Origin: an uncultured Prochlorococcus sp.
Lineage (GTDB): Bacteria > Cyanobacteriota > Cyanobacteriia > PCC-6307 > Cyanobiaceae
Length of the DNA: 52,431 bases
NCBI GenBank assembly: GCA_902572915.1
Contig: CACGHR010000001.1
Span: 1 to 52,431, forward strand
Direction of reading: 5' to 3'
Made by a program: the position numbers and the translations under genes. This document shows positions 1 to 10,047 of the stretch, piece by piece. The first letter of the stretch is position 1, and each line of letters opens with the position of its first letter. The notes beneath the pieces were generated by a model. The model was given only the letters and a program-made list of their open reading frames with translations. It did no database searches and was not told the DNA's origin.

Positions 1-5
1 TACTT

Positions 6-437
6 ATGAATGCGAGTTCAAATGTAAGTAATGTTGAAATAGCTAATAAAATTGCTTCCACTGCAGCTTTGTTTCGGAAATATTTTCCAGATGCAAGTGT
101 AAATTTTAGTCCCTGGGATAATTCAAATAATGAATCCATGCAAGATAGTATTGATTTTGCGTTTCATTTCCCTGGTTGGAGTCCTCTTATTGAATGTAGA
201 GCAATACTTTTACAATTAAGAATTGAAAATGATAATAATGGCAGAGTTCCGAAATTGTTGGGAATAATAATGCGAGGTATGATTGTTCCCTCCGAGAGAT
301 GGAGAGTGGCTACTATAGGTGATTGGGAAATGACTGGTACTCATCTACCGCAAAAGGAACAAAAAGATAACCTTTTTTTGGTTTGTAAAGAACTTTATAA
401 GCTATTCTCTAAAACATCCGCTGGTAACAAAAATTAG
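6..437 (+). CDS. conserved hypothetical protein (picocyanobacterial)
   Basis: 143-aa ORF with normal composition, co-oriented directly upstream of ho1; no recognisable motif. Confidence 0.7.
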   Translation: MNASSNVSNVEIANKIASTAALFRKYFPDASVNFSPWDNSNNESMQDSIDFAFHFPGWSPLIECRAILLQLRIENDNNGRVPKLLGIIMRGMIVPSERWRVATIGDWEMTGTHLPQKEQKDNLFLVCKELYKLFSKTSAGNKN

Positions 438-494
438 CTGTTTTATGTATTTTCCTTGTAGATTAAATAAACTTACAAAAATAATTCAAAATAT

Positions 495-1205
495 ATGGCA
501 GTTGCTCTTGCAGGACAATTAAGAGAAGGGACAAAAAAATCCCATACTATGGCAGAAAATACTGGCTTTGTGGCTTGTTTCTTAAAAGGAGTTGTTGAAA
601 AAAAATCTTATAGAAAATTAATTAGTGATTTATATTTTGTTTATGAAGCTATGGAAGAAGAAATTGAAAGACTGGTCAATGAGGAACATCCCGTAATAAA
701 ACCTATAGGTTTTAAATCATTATTCAGGAAAGAAACTCTTGTAAATGATCTTAAATTTTATTTTGGTGAAAACTGGAAGAATGAGATTAATATTTCTCAC
801 TCAGCAAAAGAATATGTTGAAAGAATCCGAAAGGTCGCAAAAAATTCACCAGAGCTCTTAGTAGGTCACCACTACACTCGCTATATAGGAGATTTATCTG
901 GGGGGCAAATCTTGAAAAAGATCGCTAAAAAAGCATTAAATTTGCATGGAAATGATGGTTTAAATTTTTATGAGTTTGAATTAATTGCTGATGAAAAGAA
1001 ATTCAAGGAAGAATATTCCCTTACTTTGAATCAACTTCCAATAAATCAAAAGACGGCTGATCAAATTATTGATGAAGCGAATCAAGCTTTTACTTACAAT
1101 ATGAAAATGTTTAAGGAGCTTGAAGGTAACTTGATTGCTGTTTTAGGCAAAATTGTGTTCAATTACATTACAAAAAAAGTTAGGAAAGGAAGTACCGAGA
1201 CCTAA
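495..1205 (+). CDS. ho1: heme oxygenase (biliverdin-producing)
   Basis: [14 protein letters not shown] (proximal His) and [16 protein letters not shown] distal-helix signature. Confidence 0.97.
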   Translation: MAVALAGQLREGTKKSHTMAENTGFVACFLKGVVEKKSYRKLISDLYFVYEAMEEEIERLVNEEHPVIKPIGFKSLFRKETLVNDLKFYFGENWKNEINISHSAKEYVERIRKVAKNSPELLVGHHYTRYIGDLSGGQILKKIAKKALNLHGNDGLNFYEFELIADEKKFKEEYSLTLNQLPINQKTADQIIDEANQAFTYNMKMFKELEGNLIAVLGKIVFNYITKKVRKGSTET

Positions 1206-1210
1206 TATTT

Positions 1211-1921
1211 ATGTTTGATTCATTAGTTGATTTCCTTAAAACCAATATTGATGAATTAAATGGACATGAAGTACAAATATCTAGTGAATTCAAAGAACAT
1301 CACAATGAAGACTCAAAATATATTATTAAAAATTGGCTTTTTTCATCTCCCGAATATAGAAAGTGGCGAATAACAAGATTAGATGGTGGCAAAAAACTGC
1401 AAGTGTTTAATACGGTCGCATATCCTAATTTTGATAGTGAATTACCTATTTTAGGAGCTGATATTTTATGGTTTGGAACTTCTCAAAAGTTATTAGCAAT
1501 ACTTGATTATCAACCTTTAATTCAAGAAAGCAAATATCTTGAAAAATATTGTTCAAGTTTAAGTATTATTAAGAAAAAATATTCTGCATTTGATAATAAT
1601 AAAATGAAGAATATATATGATTCAAAAAAGTATTTTTCCCCCTGGGTGATTATATGTAGAGGAAATAAATTAAATCTTGATAGAGACTTAAATAAAATAT
1701 TCCATTCATTTGTAAATAATTATTTGAACATTTATAAATCGAATCCTGTTAATCAATTTTTAAATGCAGAAGAAATAAAGATTAATCAAATTAAATACGA
1801 TAAGTACAGTTTTGAAAAAGATCCTGCAGATAAATTGTTTAAATCTTTTTTTGGGGAAGAATGGACAAAAAAATTTATCAATAAATTTCTTTTTACCTTA
1901 AATAATGAGATTATTCATTGA
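1211..1921 (+). CDS. pebA: 15,16-dihydrobiliverdin:ferredoxin oxidoreductase
   Basis: Ferredoxin-dependent bilin reductase motifs ([29 protein letters not shown]); first of the pair after ho1. Confidence 0.93.
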   Translation: MFDSLVDFLKTNIDELNGHEVQISSEFKEHHNEDSKYIIKNWLFSSPEYRKWRITRLDGGKKLQVFNTVAYPNFDSELPILGADILWFGTSQKLLAILDYQPLIQESKYLEKYCSSLSIIKKKYSAFDNNKMKNIYDSKKYFSPWVIICRGNKLNLDRDLNKIFHSFVNNYLNIYKSNPVNQFLNAEEIKINQIKYDKYSFEKDPADKLFKSFFGEEWTKKFINKFLFTLNNEIIH

Positions 1922-2683
1922 ATGTTAATACAAGATACTATTTTTTACAGGCCAGATTGGAGATGGCATAATTTCTTAAAATATTTAACAAATAATTTAA
2001 GTAAATATAACTGTTTAGAAAAAACAATACCCTCGGAATATTCTTATAAAGATTCAACTTATGGTTCAAAAAAATCAAAAAAAAATGTGAATCTATCTAC
2101 TTGGGGTGTAACGCATAAAAAAAGAATTCAATTCGCAAGGACAGTTTGTATAAATAGTCCAACTTATTCTGTTTTAAATTTTTTAATTATTCCTAATACT
2201 ATCTATAACGTCCCATTTTTTGGAGTAGATTTTGTTTCTCTACCTAATAGTTATTTATTAGTGTTAGATTTTCAGCCTTCATTAAAAATACAAAATCAAT
2301 ACGATAATAAGTTATTAGAAAAACTTATAAAACTCAAAAATCATTGTCATTCATCACTCCCATTAGCTGAAAAAATGTCTGCGGATGTAGCTAGATTTTT
2401 TTCTCCAGGAGTAATATGGTCAAAATTACCAAAAGAAGAAAAAAGTGATTTTTTAATAGCTAATCAGCTTTATTCCTCATTTAAGGAATATCTTGATTTG
2501 TATTTGGAAATTCTTTTCGAAAGCAAAGAAGTCAATATTGAACTGCAAAAAGAATTAATAAAGGGTCAAAATAATTATTTGAATTATAGAAGAGATAACG
2601 ATCCAGCAAGGCCAATGTTGTCGAGTTTGTTTGGTAAAGAATTTACGGAATCTTTAATTGAAGAAGTTTTATTTACTACTTAA
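1922..2683 (+). CDS. pebB: phycoerythrobilin:ferredoxin oxidoreductase
   Basis: [32 protein letters not shown] motifs; ATG immediately follows the pebA TGA. Confidence 0.93.
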   Translation: MLIQDTIFYRPDWRWHNFLKYLTNNLSKYNCLEKTIPSEYSYKDSTYGSKKSKKNVNLSTWGVTHKKRIQFARTVCINSPTYSVLNFLIIPNTIYNVPFFGVDFVSLPNSYLLVLDFQPSLKIQNQYDNKLLEKLIKLKNHCHSSLPLAEKMSADVARFFSPGVIWSKLPKEEKSDFLIANQLYSSFKEYLDLYLEILFESKEVNIELQKELIKGQNNYLNYRRDNDPARPMLSSLFGKEFTESLIEEVLFTT

Positions 2684-2715
2684 AAGACTTATAATCTATT
2701 GGAATTTGAAATCAT

Positions 2716-3189
2716 ATGAATAAAATTTCTGTTCTTTTTGTATGTTTGGGAAATATTTGTAGGTCTCCTGCAGCAGAAGCTATCTTTATAAGTCTACTTG
2801 AAAAGAAGGGATTAACCGATGGCTTTATTGTAGATTCTGCTGGAACTGGGAGTTGGCATATTGGAAAAAAAGCTGACTCTAGGATGAGAATTGCAGCAGA
2901 AAGAAGAGATATAAATATCTTAAGCAGGGCTCGTCAAATTACTAGCAAAGATTTTGACGAATTTAATTATATTCTTGCGATGGACAATTCAAATTTTAGA
3001 AATATTCAAGATCTTAAAAATAGAACAGCTTCAACTGGTTTTGCATCAATAAAAAAAATACAAGATTTCAGATCAGTTTTTAATGAGCATGAAGTTCCTG
3101 ACCCATATTTTGGAGGTGATGAGGGCTTCGATTATGTCCTTGATATTTTAGAAGACTCTGTAAATGGTTTTTTGGAAAGTATTTATTGA
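2716..3189 (+). CDS. low molecular weight protein-tyrosine phosphatase
   Basis: VLFVCLGNICRSPAAE (CX5R), DSAGT and DPY motifs. Confidence 0.95.
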   Translation: MNKISVLFVCLGNICRSPAAEAIFISLLEKKGLTDGFIVDSAGTGSWHIGKKADSRMRIAAERRDINILSRARQITSKDFDEFNYILAMDNSNFRNIQDLKNRTASTGFASIKKIQDFRSVFNEHEVPDPYFGGDEGFDYVLDILEDSVNGFLESIY

Positions 3190-3191
3190 AT

Positions 3192-4724
3192 TTATTTGAT
3201 CTCAGTCTCTTTAGGAATCTTGTCATTATAAAGGTCAATAATTTTATCCACTACCTCATCAATTGTATATCCGTCCGTAATAATTTCTATTGCATCATTC
3301 GCCTTTACTAGAGGTGAAATTTCCCTATTGGAATCTTCAAAATCTCTTTTCTTTATAAGTTCTTTTAATGTATGAAGGTCTATTTCTTGTAAGTCTTTAC
3401 TATTTTTATCAGATTTTCTTCTTTTTGCTCTTTCATCGATGCTAGCAGTTAAAAATATTTTAAGATCTGCATGTGGAAAAACAGTAGTTCCTATATCTCT
3501 TCCCTCAGCTACAAGTCCGCCTGATTCTCCAATTTTTCTTTGTTCTTCTACTAAGAATTTTCTTACTTCTTTTATTGAGGAAATTTTAGAAACGATGGAA
3601 CTTATCTTTTGCGTCCTAATTTCTTCAGTAACACGGTAGTTATTAACATAAACATCCTGATCAGAATTTGTATTCGACTTGAAAAGTATAGATATACCTT
3701 TAAGAACATTCTGTAATTTTTTTTCTTTTTTATAATCAATACTTTCTTTTATCATAAGCCAACTCAATGCCCTATACATTGCGCCAGTATCTAAATATAA
3801 AAGCTTAAGTTTCTTCGCGATTAACTTTGTTACAGTACTTTTACCTGAACCTGCAGGACCATCAATTGCAATAATCGGCCTTCTTTTCATTAGAAAAACG
3901 TGATCAATTAATCTTGTCTCTCCACATCTTATCGCACCAGCCAATAACGAAATATTATCCTCAAGTCTCGCTTTATGGAGTGTATGAGGGTGTAAATGTT
4001 CTAAATATTCAATTGAGATTTTTTTTGCTGATAGCTTCTTAATTATTTGGCTTAAATTGATCTTTTTATCTTTTTTAAAATTTTTTTTTGCTTCTAATAA
4101 CTCACTTGAAAAAAACCTAATCGATTTTCTTTCGTTTTTTGATAAATGTACATTACGTGAACTGAAAGGAATTCCGTCAAAATCTCTTTGCGTAGGAATG
4201 GATTTAATAGCAACATTTAATTTCTTTCTAAGGACAAGATTTTTTAAAATTAAAAGTTGTTGCCAATCTTTTTCTCCTAAGTAAAGATTTTTTGGTTTGA
4301 TGAGATTAAGTAATCTATAAACTACTGTACAAACGCCATCAAAATGTCCAATTCGATTTAATCCACATAATGCAGAAGATAATTCTTTTGGAGCTTTTAG
4401 GAATTGAATATTTTTATTATTCGGTGGATATATATCTTCATTACTTGGGATGAAGATAGCATCTGCTCCATTTGAAAAGGAGATTTTTATATCATTATCA
4501 ATTGTTTTAGGGTAATTCTCTAAATCTGATTTGTTATCAAATTGAAGTGGATTAATAAAAATACTTACTAAATTAACATTAGAGTTGTCATTTTTTGCTG
4601 TTGATATTAGTTTAATATGACCATCATGAAGATTACCCATTGTTGGGATAAAGTTAATTTCACTATTTATATTTCTCCTCCAATTTTCTATTTCTTCAGT
4701 TTTCCTTATGATTACTTTCTTCAC
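3192..4724 (-). CDS. panC/cmk: bifunctional pantoate--beta-alanine ligase / cytidylate kinase
   Basis: PTMGNLHDGH, GEKDWQQ, SSRN (PanC), then IAIDGPAGSGKST, LDTGAMYRA, EGRDIGT (Cmk); this fusion is typical of cyanobacteria. Confidence 0.96.
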   Translation of the reverse strand: MKKVIIRKTEEIENWRRNINSEINFIPTMGNLHDGHIKLISTAKNDNSNVNLVSIFINPLQFDNKSDLENYPKTIDNDIKISFSNGADAIFIPSNEDIYPPNNKNIQFLKAPKELSSALCGLNRIGHFDGVCTVVYRLLNLIKPKNLYLGEKDWQQLLILKNLVLRKKLNVAIKSIPTQRDFDGIPFSSRNVHLSKNERKSIRFFSSELLEAKKNFKKDKKINLSQIIKKLSAKKISIEYLEHLHPHTLHKARLEDNISLLAGAIRCGETRLIDHVFLMKRRPIIAIDGPAGSGKSTVTKLIAKKLKLLYLDTGAMYRALSWLMIKESIDYKKEKKLQNVLKGISILFKSNTNSDQDVYVNNYRVTEEIRTQKISSIVSKISSIKEVRKFLVEEQRKIGESGGLVAEGRDIGTTVFPHADLKIFLTASIDERAKRRKSDKNSKDLQEIDLHTLKELIKKRDFEDSNREISPLVKANDAIEIITDGYTIDEVVDKIIDLYNDKIPKETEIK

Positions 4725-4822
4725 TTTGTTTTTAAAAAATAAATCTATTTGATAAATAATTACTGGACAAAAGCAATCTTAGGAGGAATATCTATATAGG
4801 GAAAGTCTATCATTTTTATTTC

Positions 4823-5866
4823 ATGGATTACAAAACATCAGGTGTTGATATAGAAGCTGGGCGAGAATTTGTTTCCGAAATTAAACAGGCAGTTGAAGGA
4901 ACTCATACATCAAATGTGATTGAGGGTATTGGCGGGTTCGGAGGTTTGTTTAGAATTCCTATCGATAATTTTAAAAAACCAGTTCTTGTTTCAGGGACTG
5001 ATGGTGTTGGAACAAAATTAGAATTAGCCCAAAGTAAAAACTTTCACTTTGAGGTTGGTATTGATTTAGTTGCTATGTGCATGAACGATATCATTACTAG
5101 TGGTGCAAAACCTTTATTTTTTTTAGATTATATTGCTACCGGTAAGCTTGATAAGAAACAATTATTGAGGGTTGTTCAGGGAATTTCACATGGATGCGGA
5201 GAAAATAACTGTTCATTACTTGGCGGAGAAACTGCTGAAATGCCTGGATTTTATTCAAAAAATAAGTATGATCTTGCAGGATTTTGTGTTGGAATAGTTG
5301 ATGAGGATAAGCTTATTAATGGTAAAAAAGTCTCTGAAAATGACTTAATAATTGCTTTAAAAAGTAATGGAGTTCATAGTAACGGCTTTAGTTTAGTAAG
5401 AAAAATTATTCAAAATAATAATCAAATAGATAAAGAATTTGAAAAAGTTTCTCACTTAAATTTTTATGATGAGTTATTGAAACCTACAAAAATTTACAAT
5501 AATGTGATTAACCAAATGTTATCTGAAGATATAGAAATTAAAGCAATGTCTCATATAACTGGAGGAGGAATCCCAGAAAATTTACCAAGATGTATTCCTT
5601 CTGATTTTATTCCTTATATCAATACCAGTTCTTGGCAAATACCTATTTTATTTAAATTCCTTAAAGAGAAAGGATCTATTCCTGAAAAAGATTTTTGGAA
5701 TACTTTCAATCTTGGAGTGGGATTTTGTTTAATTATTGATAAACAATTTAAGGACGCGATATTAAGTATCTGTAAAGATTATGATATTGAAAGTTGGGAA
5801 ATTGGAAAGATAGTTAGAAAAAATGATTTAAAAATTAGTAAATTTTTACCAGAAATTTTAACTTAA
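4823..5866 (+). CDS. purM: phosphoribosylformylglycinamidine cyclo-ligase (AIR synthetase)
   Basis: GTDGVGTK, GGETAEMPG, HSNGFSLVR, HITGGG motifs. Confidence 0.98.
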   Translation: MDYKTSGVDIEAGREFVSEIKQAVEGTHTSNVIEGIGGFGGLFRIPIDNFKKPVLVSGTDGVGTKLELAQSKNFHFEVGIDLVAMCMNDIITSGAKPLFFLDYIATGKLDKKQLLRVVQGISHGCGENNCSLLGGETAEMPGFYSKNKYDLAGFCVGIVDEDKLINGKKVSENDLIIALKSNGVHSNGFSLVRKIIQNNNQIDKEFEKVSHLNFYDELLKPTKIYNNVINQMLSEDIEIKAMSHITGGGIPENLPRCIPSDFIPYINTSSWQIPILFKFLKEKGSIPEKDFWNTFNLGVGFCLIIDKQFKDAILSICKDYDIESWEIGKIVRKNDLKISKFLPEILT

Positions 5867-5999
5867 ATTTTGTTATCTTTTTTTAAATGAGTTTTAAAAA
5901 ATTATTTTTTATACCCAAATGAAAAAGTTAGGTGTAATATAATAAAATTACAGCCGAATTATATCGGAAGTTTAAGTATTAAGATTTAACCTTTATTCA

Positions 6000-6644
6000 A
6001 TGCCCTTTGCAAATAATCAAAGAATTACACGTAGACGTAGTTCAGCTGGTCCTACACCTCCAAAAAGACCAATAGGTAATAATTCTGAATCAATTGGTAG
6101 ACAGGCTCAAGGCCCAAGGCCAACTTTCTTGACACTAAGGGATCATGGGAAAGTTTTTGTTGCTGATTTACCTAATTTGTCCGATGGTCAATTAGCGCAT
6201 ATTAGTAAAGAAGCTAATGAAGTTTTAAATAGTTTGGAAAAAAGACTTAGTGATCTTGAAAATGAACCTAATGTTAGTAATCCGGAAAACGATACGCTGA
6301 TAAAAGCTTCTACTAAAAGAGATGTCACACTGAGGTTTATTAAATCAATAGAAGAAGAACAGGAACATAGAAAGAATAATCCTGCTTTACGAGATGCTGC
6401 ATCTGAATCGTTACCTAGAACTTTTCTTGAGGTTGCAAGACATAGATTGCCTGGAGCAACTTTTGATTCACTACTTCGAGAGGCTCTTGAAGCTTGTGCA
6501 GTTGATGAAAGTACTGAAGAAAATCAAGTTATTGATGAGCCTAAAGAAACTGTAAAAATTATGGATATACCTTCTTCCAACACTAATGCTTCACTTGTTG
6601 TTAGTATCAATTCGAATGATGATTCCAAGAATGACTCTATTTGA
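6000..6644 (+). CDS. conserved hypothetical protein (basic disordered N-terminus, helical core, acidic tail)
   Basis: 214-aa ORF; no catalytic motif recognised. Confidence 0.75.
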   Translation: MPFANNQRITRRRSSAGPTPPKRPIGNNSESIGRQAQGPRPTFLTLRDHGKVFVADLPNLSDGQLAHISKEANEVLNSLEKRLSDLENEPNVSNPENDTLIKASTKRDVTLRFIKSIEEEQEHRKNNPALRDAASESLPRTFLEVARHRLPGATFDSLLREALEACAVDESTEENQVIDEPKETVKIMDIPSSNTNASLVVSINSNDDSKNDSI

Positions 6645-6798
6645 TTCAACACAAGAGTTACTAAGTATTAAAGGCAAAAATAATTCAAAAATTAACCTTA
6701 CTTCAGAGAAAGATCCCATTTTATGTAATCATTGCAAAAGGACTGCATCAAATGGTGTCAGATGTTTAGGAATGTGTGTGGCAGATAATGATTACTAA
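6631..6798 (+). CDS. small Cys-rich hypothetical protein (CxxC...CxxxC)
   Basis: Part of ORF 6586..6798; ATG 6631 gives 55 aa and a 14-nt overlap with the upstream gene; ends CNHCKRTASNGVRCLGMCVADNDY. Confidence 0.65.
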   Translation: MTLFDSTQELLSIKGKNNSKINLTSEKDPILCNHCKRTASNGVRCLGMCVADNDY

Positions 6799-7015
6799 AA
6801 TAGGTCAAATATATAAATAAATAGACTTGAAACTAATAATATGAAAATTCTGAAATTCTTCCACGATTATTTAATGGGATAATATTACAAAAGGGAAAAA
6901 GGTCGATTTACCTACCACTCACCTAACGCTAAAAACGCTTTGAAACTTAAGAACAGATATTCAAAACTCAAGGTGTTGGAGGGGTTTATAGCTAATCTTC
7001 TAACCCGAATAATGA

Positions 7016-7086
7016 AGGCGGCACCCAGATTCGAACTGGGGATAAAGGATTTGCAATCCTCTGCCTTACCACTTGGCCATGCCGCC
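7016..7086 (-). tRNA. trnC: tRNA-Cys (GCA)
   Basis: Reverse complement GGCGGCATGGCCAAGTGGTAAGGCAGAGGATTGCAAATCCTTTATCCCCAGTTCGAATCTGGGTGCCGCCT forms a full cloverleaf; anticodon GCA; CCA not encoded. Confidence 0.97.
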
Positions 7087-7107
7087 GAAAAAGATTCAAT
7101 CGAATCT

Positions 7108-8358
7108 TTGTATGATCTTAACAGTAAGGCGTCTCATTCTCTATTATTTATATGCAATGGTCATGGAGAAGATGTAATCGCATCGGAAATAATAAAAAGA
7201 TTACTAAAAAAAATAAAAAATAAAAATATTGAAGTTTTGCCTTTAGTTGGAAATGGAGATGTATTTAATTCCATAAAATCTAAGAACTTTCGTAAAATAG
7301 GATTTTTAAAAGAGCTGCCTAGTGGAGGTTTTAGTAATCAAAGTCTGAAGGGCTTTTTGCTTGATTTGTTTGCAGGATTTTTGATTGATAATTTAAGAAA
7401 TTTTTTACTTGTAAAACAAAAGTCAAAACATAACTGCAAAATTATTGCAGTAGGCGATTTCTTGCCATTACTTTACGCCTGGAGTTCAGAATGTGAATTT
7501 AGTTTTATTGGAACTCCCAAAAGTGATCATACTTGGAGTAGTGGCCCTGGTTGGGATTTAAGTGATTTTTATCATAAGTTAAAAGGTTCTGAATGGGATC
7601 CATGGGAAATGTTTTTAATGACATCTCCAAGATGTAAAAATGTGATTATGAGAGATAAAATCACAGCTAAAAATTTGAATAGAAAAAAAATTGATGCAAA
7701 ATACTTAGGTAATCCAATGATGGATTTTGTTAATGTGTCAAATGAAAAATTATCAAATATTATTTCTTTTAAAAGGATTATTTTATTAGTTGGAAGTAGA
7801 TACCCTGAAGCTCTTAAAAATCTTGATAATTTTCTAAGTTGTTTGCAAGATTTTGATTTATCAAAGGATTTGGTAATACTTTTGCCTTTGAGCATTAATG
7901 CGAATGTTATACAAATTCAAAATTATTTAATTAAATACGGTTTTATAAAACAGAGTAAAGTTAAATTTCTAATTGATGAAGATTCAGTATGGAAAAAGAA
8001 AGATCAATATATAGTCCTTGGAAAAGGTAAATTCAATTTATGGGCCAATATGGCAGAAGTTGGCTTGTCTAATGCAGGAACTGCTACAGAGCAGATTGCT
8101 GGCCTTGGAATCCCATCTCTTTCTCTACCGGGCCATGGACCACAATTTACAAAATCATTTGCAAAAAGGCAATCAAGATTATTGGGAGGTAGTGTTTTAG
8201 TTTGCAAGAACAAAAAGATTCTTATAAAACGTTTAAGTTTACTTTTGAAAGAAAAAGCGTACAGGTTAGAACAAGCAAAAATTGGAAAAAAAAGAATGGG
8301 GAAATCTGGTGCAAGTAGGAAAATCGTAGATTCCATAAACCTTCATTTGTTATCTTAG
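7108..8358 (+). CDS. lipid-A-disaccharide synthase-related glycosyltransferase (GT-B fold)
   Basis: LLFICNGHGED, LPLVGNG, GNPMMD, AGTATEQ, GPQFT motifs; the track start at 6940 runs through tRNA-Cys, so the first start codon after the tRNA (TTG 7108) is used; start uncertain. Confidence 0.75.
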   Translation: MYDLNSKASHSLLFICNGHGEDVIASEIIKRLLKKIKNKNIEVLPLVGNGDVFNSIKSKNFRKIGFLKELPSGGFSNQSLKGFLLDLFAGFLIDNLRNFLLVKQKSKHNCKIIAVGDFLPLLYAWSSECEFSFIGTPKSDHTWSSGPGWDLSDFYHKLKGSEWDPWEMFLMTSPRCKNVIMRDKITAKNLNRKKIDAKYLGNPMMDFVNVSNEKLSNIISFKRIILLVGSRYPEALKNLDNFLSCLQDFDLSKDLVILLPLSINANVIQIQNYLIKYGFIKQSKVKFLIDEDSVWKKKDQYIVLGKGKFNLWANMAEVGLSNAGTATEQIAGLGIPSLSLPGHGPQFTKSFAKRQSRLLGGSVLVCKNKKILIKRLSLLLKEKAYRLEQAKIGKKRMGKSGASRKIVDSINLHLLS

Positions 8359-8393
8359 TAAATGGCACTAGCGTATTAATTATTAATTATTTT

Positions 8394-8660
8394 ATGTATC
8401 CAATAAATGATCGGCAATATCTCAAAATTTGCGCAGAGATTGCAAAACTCATGAGTATAAGCTTATCTTCTGCTAAGAAGAAAGTAGAAATTCAAATTGC
8501 CAAAGGAGGATCGAAAACTCTTAAAGAAAAAATACAAGTCGCGCAAAATGTCTTAGAAATTTGTGAAAAAAATGATAAAGATAAATTAAGTTCATCAAGA
8601 ATACTTGATAAGCTTATGGAAACTCTTGATGGTGAAGATAATTTTTTAACTGAAGATTGA
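8394..8660 (+). CDS. conserved hypothetical protein
   Basis: 88-aa ORF filling the gap before the convergent rnd; acidic C-terminus. Confidence 0.65.
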   Translation: MYPINDRQYLKICAEIAKLMSISLSSAKKKVEIQIAKGGSKTLKEKIQVAQNVLEICEKNDKDKLSSSRILDKLMETLDGEDNFLTED

Positions 8661-8663
8661 TTC

Positions 8664-9299
8664 TTAATGTTCGAATATATTTGAGAATTTTAGTATGTCT
8701 AAATCAGCATGTACTGAAACTGTTTCGAAACATTTTTGAGCTAATTTATATCTATTTTCTCTTTTTAAGATAACTTTTAGTTTATTCATAGCTTCAATTA
8801 AATATCTAACATCATTTGCTGCATAATCTAATTGATCCTTTGTTAAATCTTCGTTGCTGCCCCAATCACTGCTCTGAGAGCTTTTGTCTAGCTCTATGCC
8901 TAACAATTCATTAATCAAATCCTTTAAACCGTGTTTATTTGTATAAGTTCTTGCCAACTTACTAGCAATTTTTGTGCAAAAAATATTTTTTGTATTAATT
9001 TTAAGATTGCATTTTAGAGCCGCTACATCAAATCTCGCAAAATGAAAGATTTTAGTAATTTTTTCATCTTCAAGAAGTGCTTTTAAATTAGGTGAAGAAG
9101 ATGTATTAAGTCCTATTTTGATACAGGATGTTCTTTTGAATTCATTGCATATCTGTACTAAACAGAGTCTATCTCTTCCATGAATCAACCCCATTGCTTC
9201 GGTGTCGATAGCTAGGTAGGATGATTTTTTATAAAGATTGTATAAATCTGTATTTAAATCGCCAGTTAGAAGATCAATATTTTTATTTTCATTAGTCAT
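8664..9299 (-). CDS. rnd: ribonuclease D (DEDDy 3'-5' exonuclease)
   Basis: AIDTE, RLCLVQ, KIFHFARFD, SDW, YAANDV motifs. Confidence 0.92.
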   Translation of the reverse strand: MTNENKNIDLLTGDLNTDLYNLYKKSSYLAIDTEAMGLIHGRDRLCLVQICNEFKRTSCIKIGLNTSSSPNLKALLEDEKITKIFHFARFDVAALKCNLKINTKNIFCTKIASKLARTYTNKHGLKDLINELLGIELDKSSQSSDWGSNEDLTKDQLDYAANDVRYLIEAMNKLKVILKRENRYKLAQKCFETVSVHADLDILKFSNIFEH

Positions 9300-9461
9300 T
9301 TTTAAAAAGTATTTAAAGTAATTTAAGATTTGAAGTATTACTTATGATTTTATTTAATTAAGAATATTTATCCAATAGGATTATTTTACAGAATAAATCT
9401 AAAAACTATAATATGATGTAACTTTATTTTTTATTCTCGAGTTTCTAAAAAAAATTATTTA

Positions 9462-10019
9462 ATGTCCTATTCCTTAAATTCAACATTATTGCTGACAATT
9501 CTTTTGGCCATAGGATTATTTTTTTTTCTTAGGGCTTCCAGTAAAGATAGAACAACCATCGTTGAGATTTCATCTTCTCAACAGCCAGTTAAGGTTTTAA
9601 ATGGTTTATGTGAATGGCTTAATTTGAGGGGATGGAAGCAAACGGGAGGAGATTTTGAACAAAGAATTTTAATATTTAAGGGACAAGTTGTTTCTAGTAA
9701 ATTTTTAGCAATTTTTTTGGGTTTTCTTGGCGGTTTTGGTTCTTGTGCTTTGGGATTAGTAATTATTCAAATATATCCTGAATTAGGATGGTGGCCTCTT
9801 CTTTTAGGATTAATTGGAGGCCCTTTGTCTGGCATTATTTATTTTAAAAAATCAGCTAGAGAGGAAAAATTTGAATTAAGGTTGATCAATGAAAATGAAA
9901 ATGATTCAACTTTCATGAGATTAAGAGCGCATAGGGATGAATTAATCTCTTTAGAAAACGAACTTGGAGAAAAACTTCAATTGAAAAGCGACGGTTCTTT
10001 ATTTAAAACACCTATTTAA
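9462..10019 (+). CDS. ccb1: cofactor assembly of complex C subunit B (CCB1-like, heme ci attachment to cytochrome b6)
   Basis: STLLLTILLAIGLFFFLRASSKDR N-terminus, three hydrophobic segments, AHRDEL motif. Confidence 0.8.
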   Translation: MSYSLNSTLLLTILLAIGLFFFLRASSKDRTTIVEISSSQQPVKVLNGLCEWLNLRGWKQTGGDFEQRILIFKGQVVSSKFLAIFLGFLGGFGSCALGLVIIQIYPELGWWPLLLGLIGGPLSGIIYFKKSAREEKFELRLINENENDSTFMRLRAHRDELISLENELGEKLQLKSDGSLFKTPI

Positions 10020-10047
10020 ATTACCTTTAAAAATTATCCGATAATTT

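Noticed and set aside
3439-4284. Short antisense or alternate-frame ORFs in the track (e.g. 3439, 4057, 7572, 8004, 8018, 16518, 19657, 22603, 26138, 27880, 28476, 31382, 33312 and those inside ribosomal genes such as 47037..47435)
   Set aside because: They lie within or across well-supported genes, lack motifs and have the composition of shadow frames.
5933-5952. Palindrome TGTAAT-N8-ATTACA upstream of ORF 6000 as an NtcA site
   Set aside because: GTA-to-TAC spacing is 12, not the 8 required for NtcA, and the AT-rich symmetry could be chance.
6940-7107. N-terminal extension of the glycosyltransferase ORF
   Set aside because: It is the antisense read-through of tRNA-Cys (AAPRFELGIKDLQSSALPLGHAA is a typical tRNA shadow translation).
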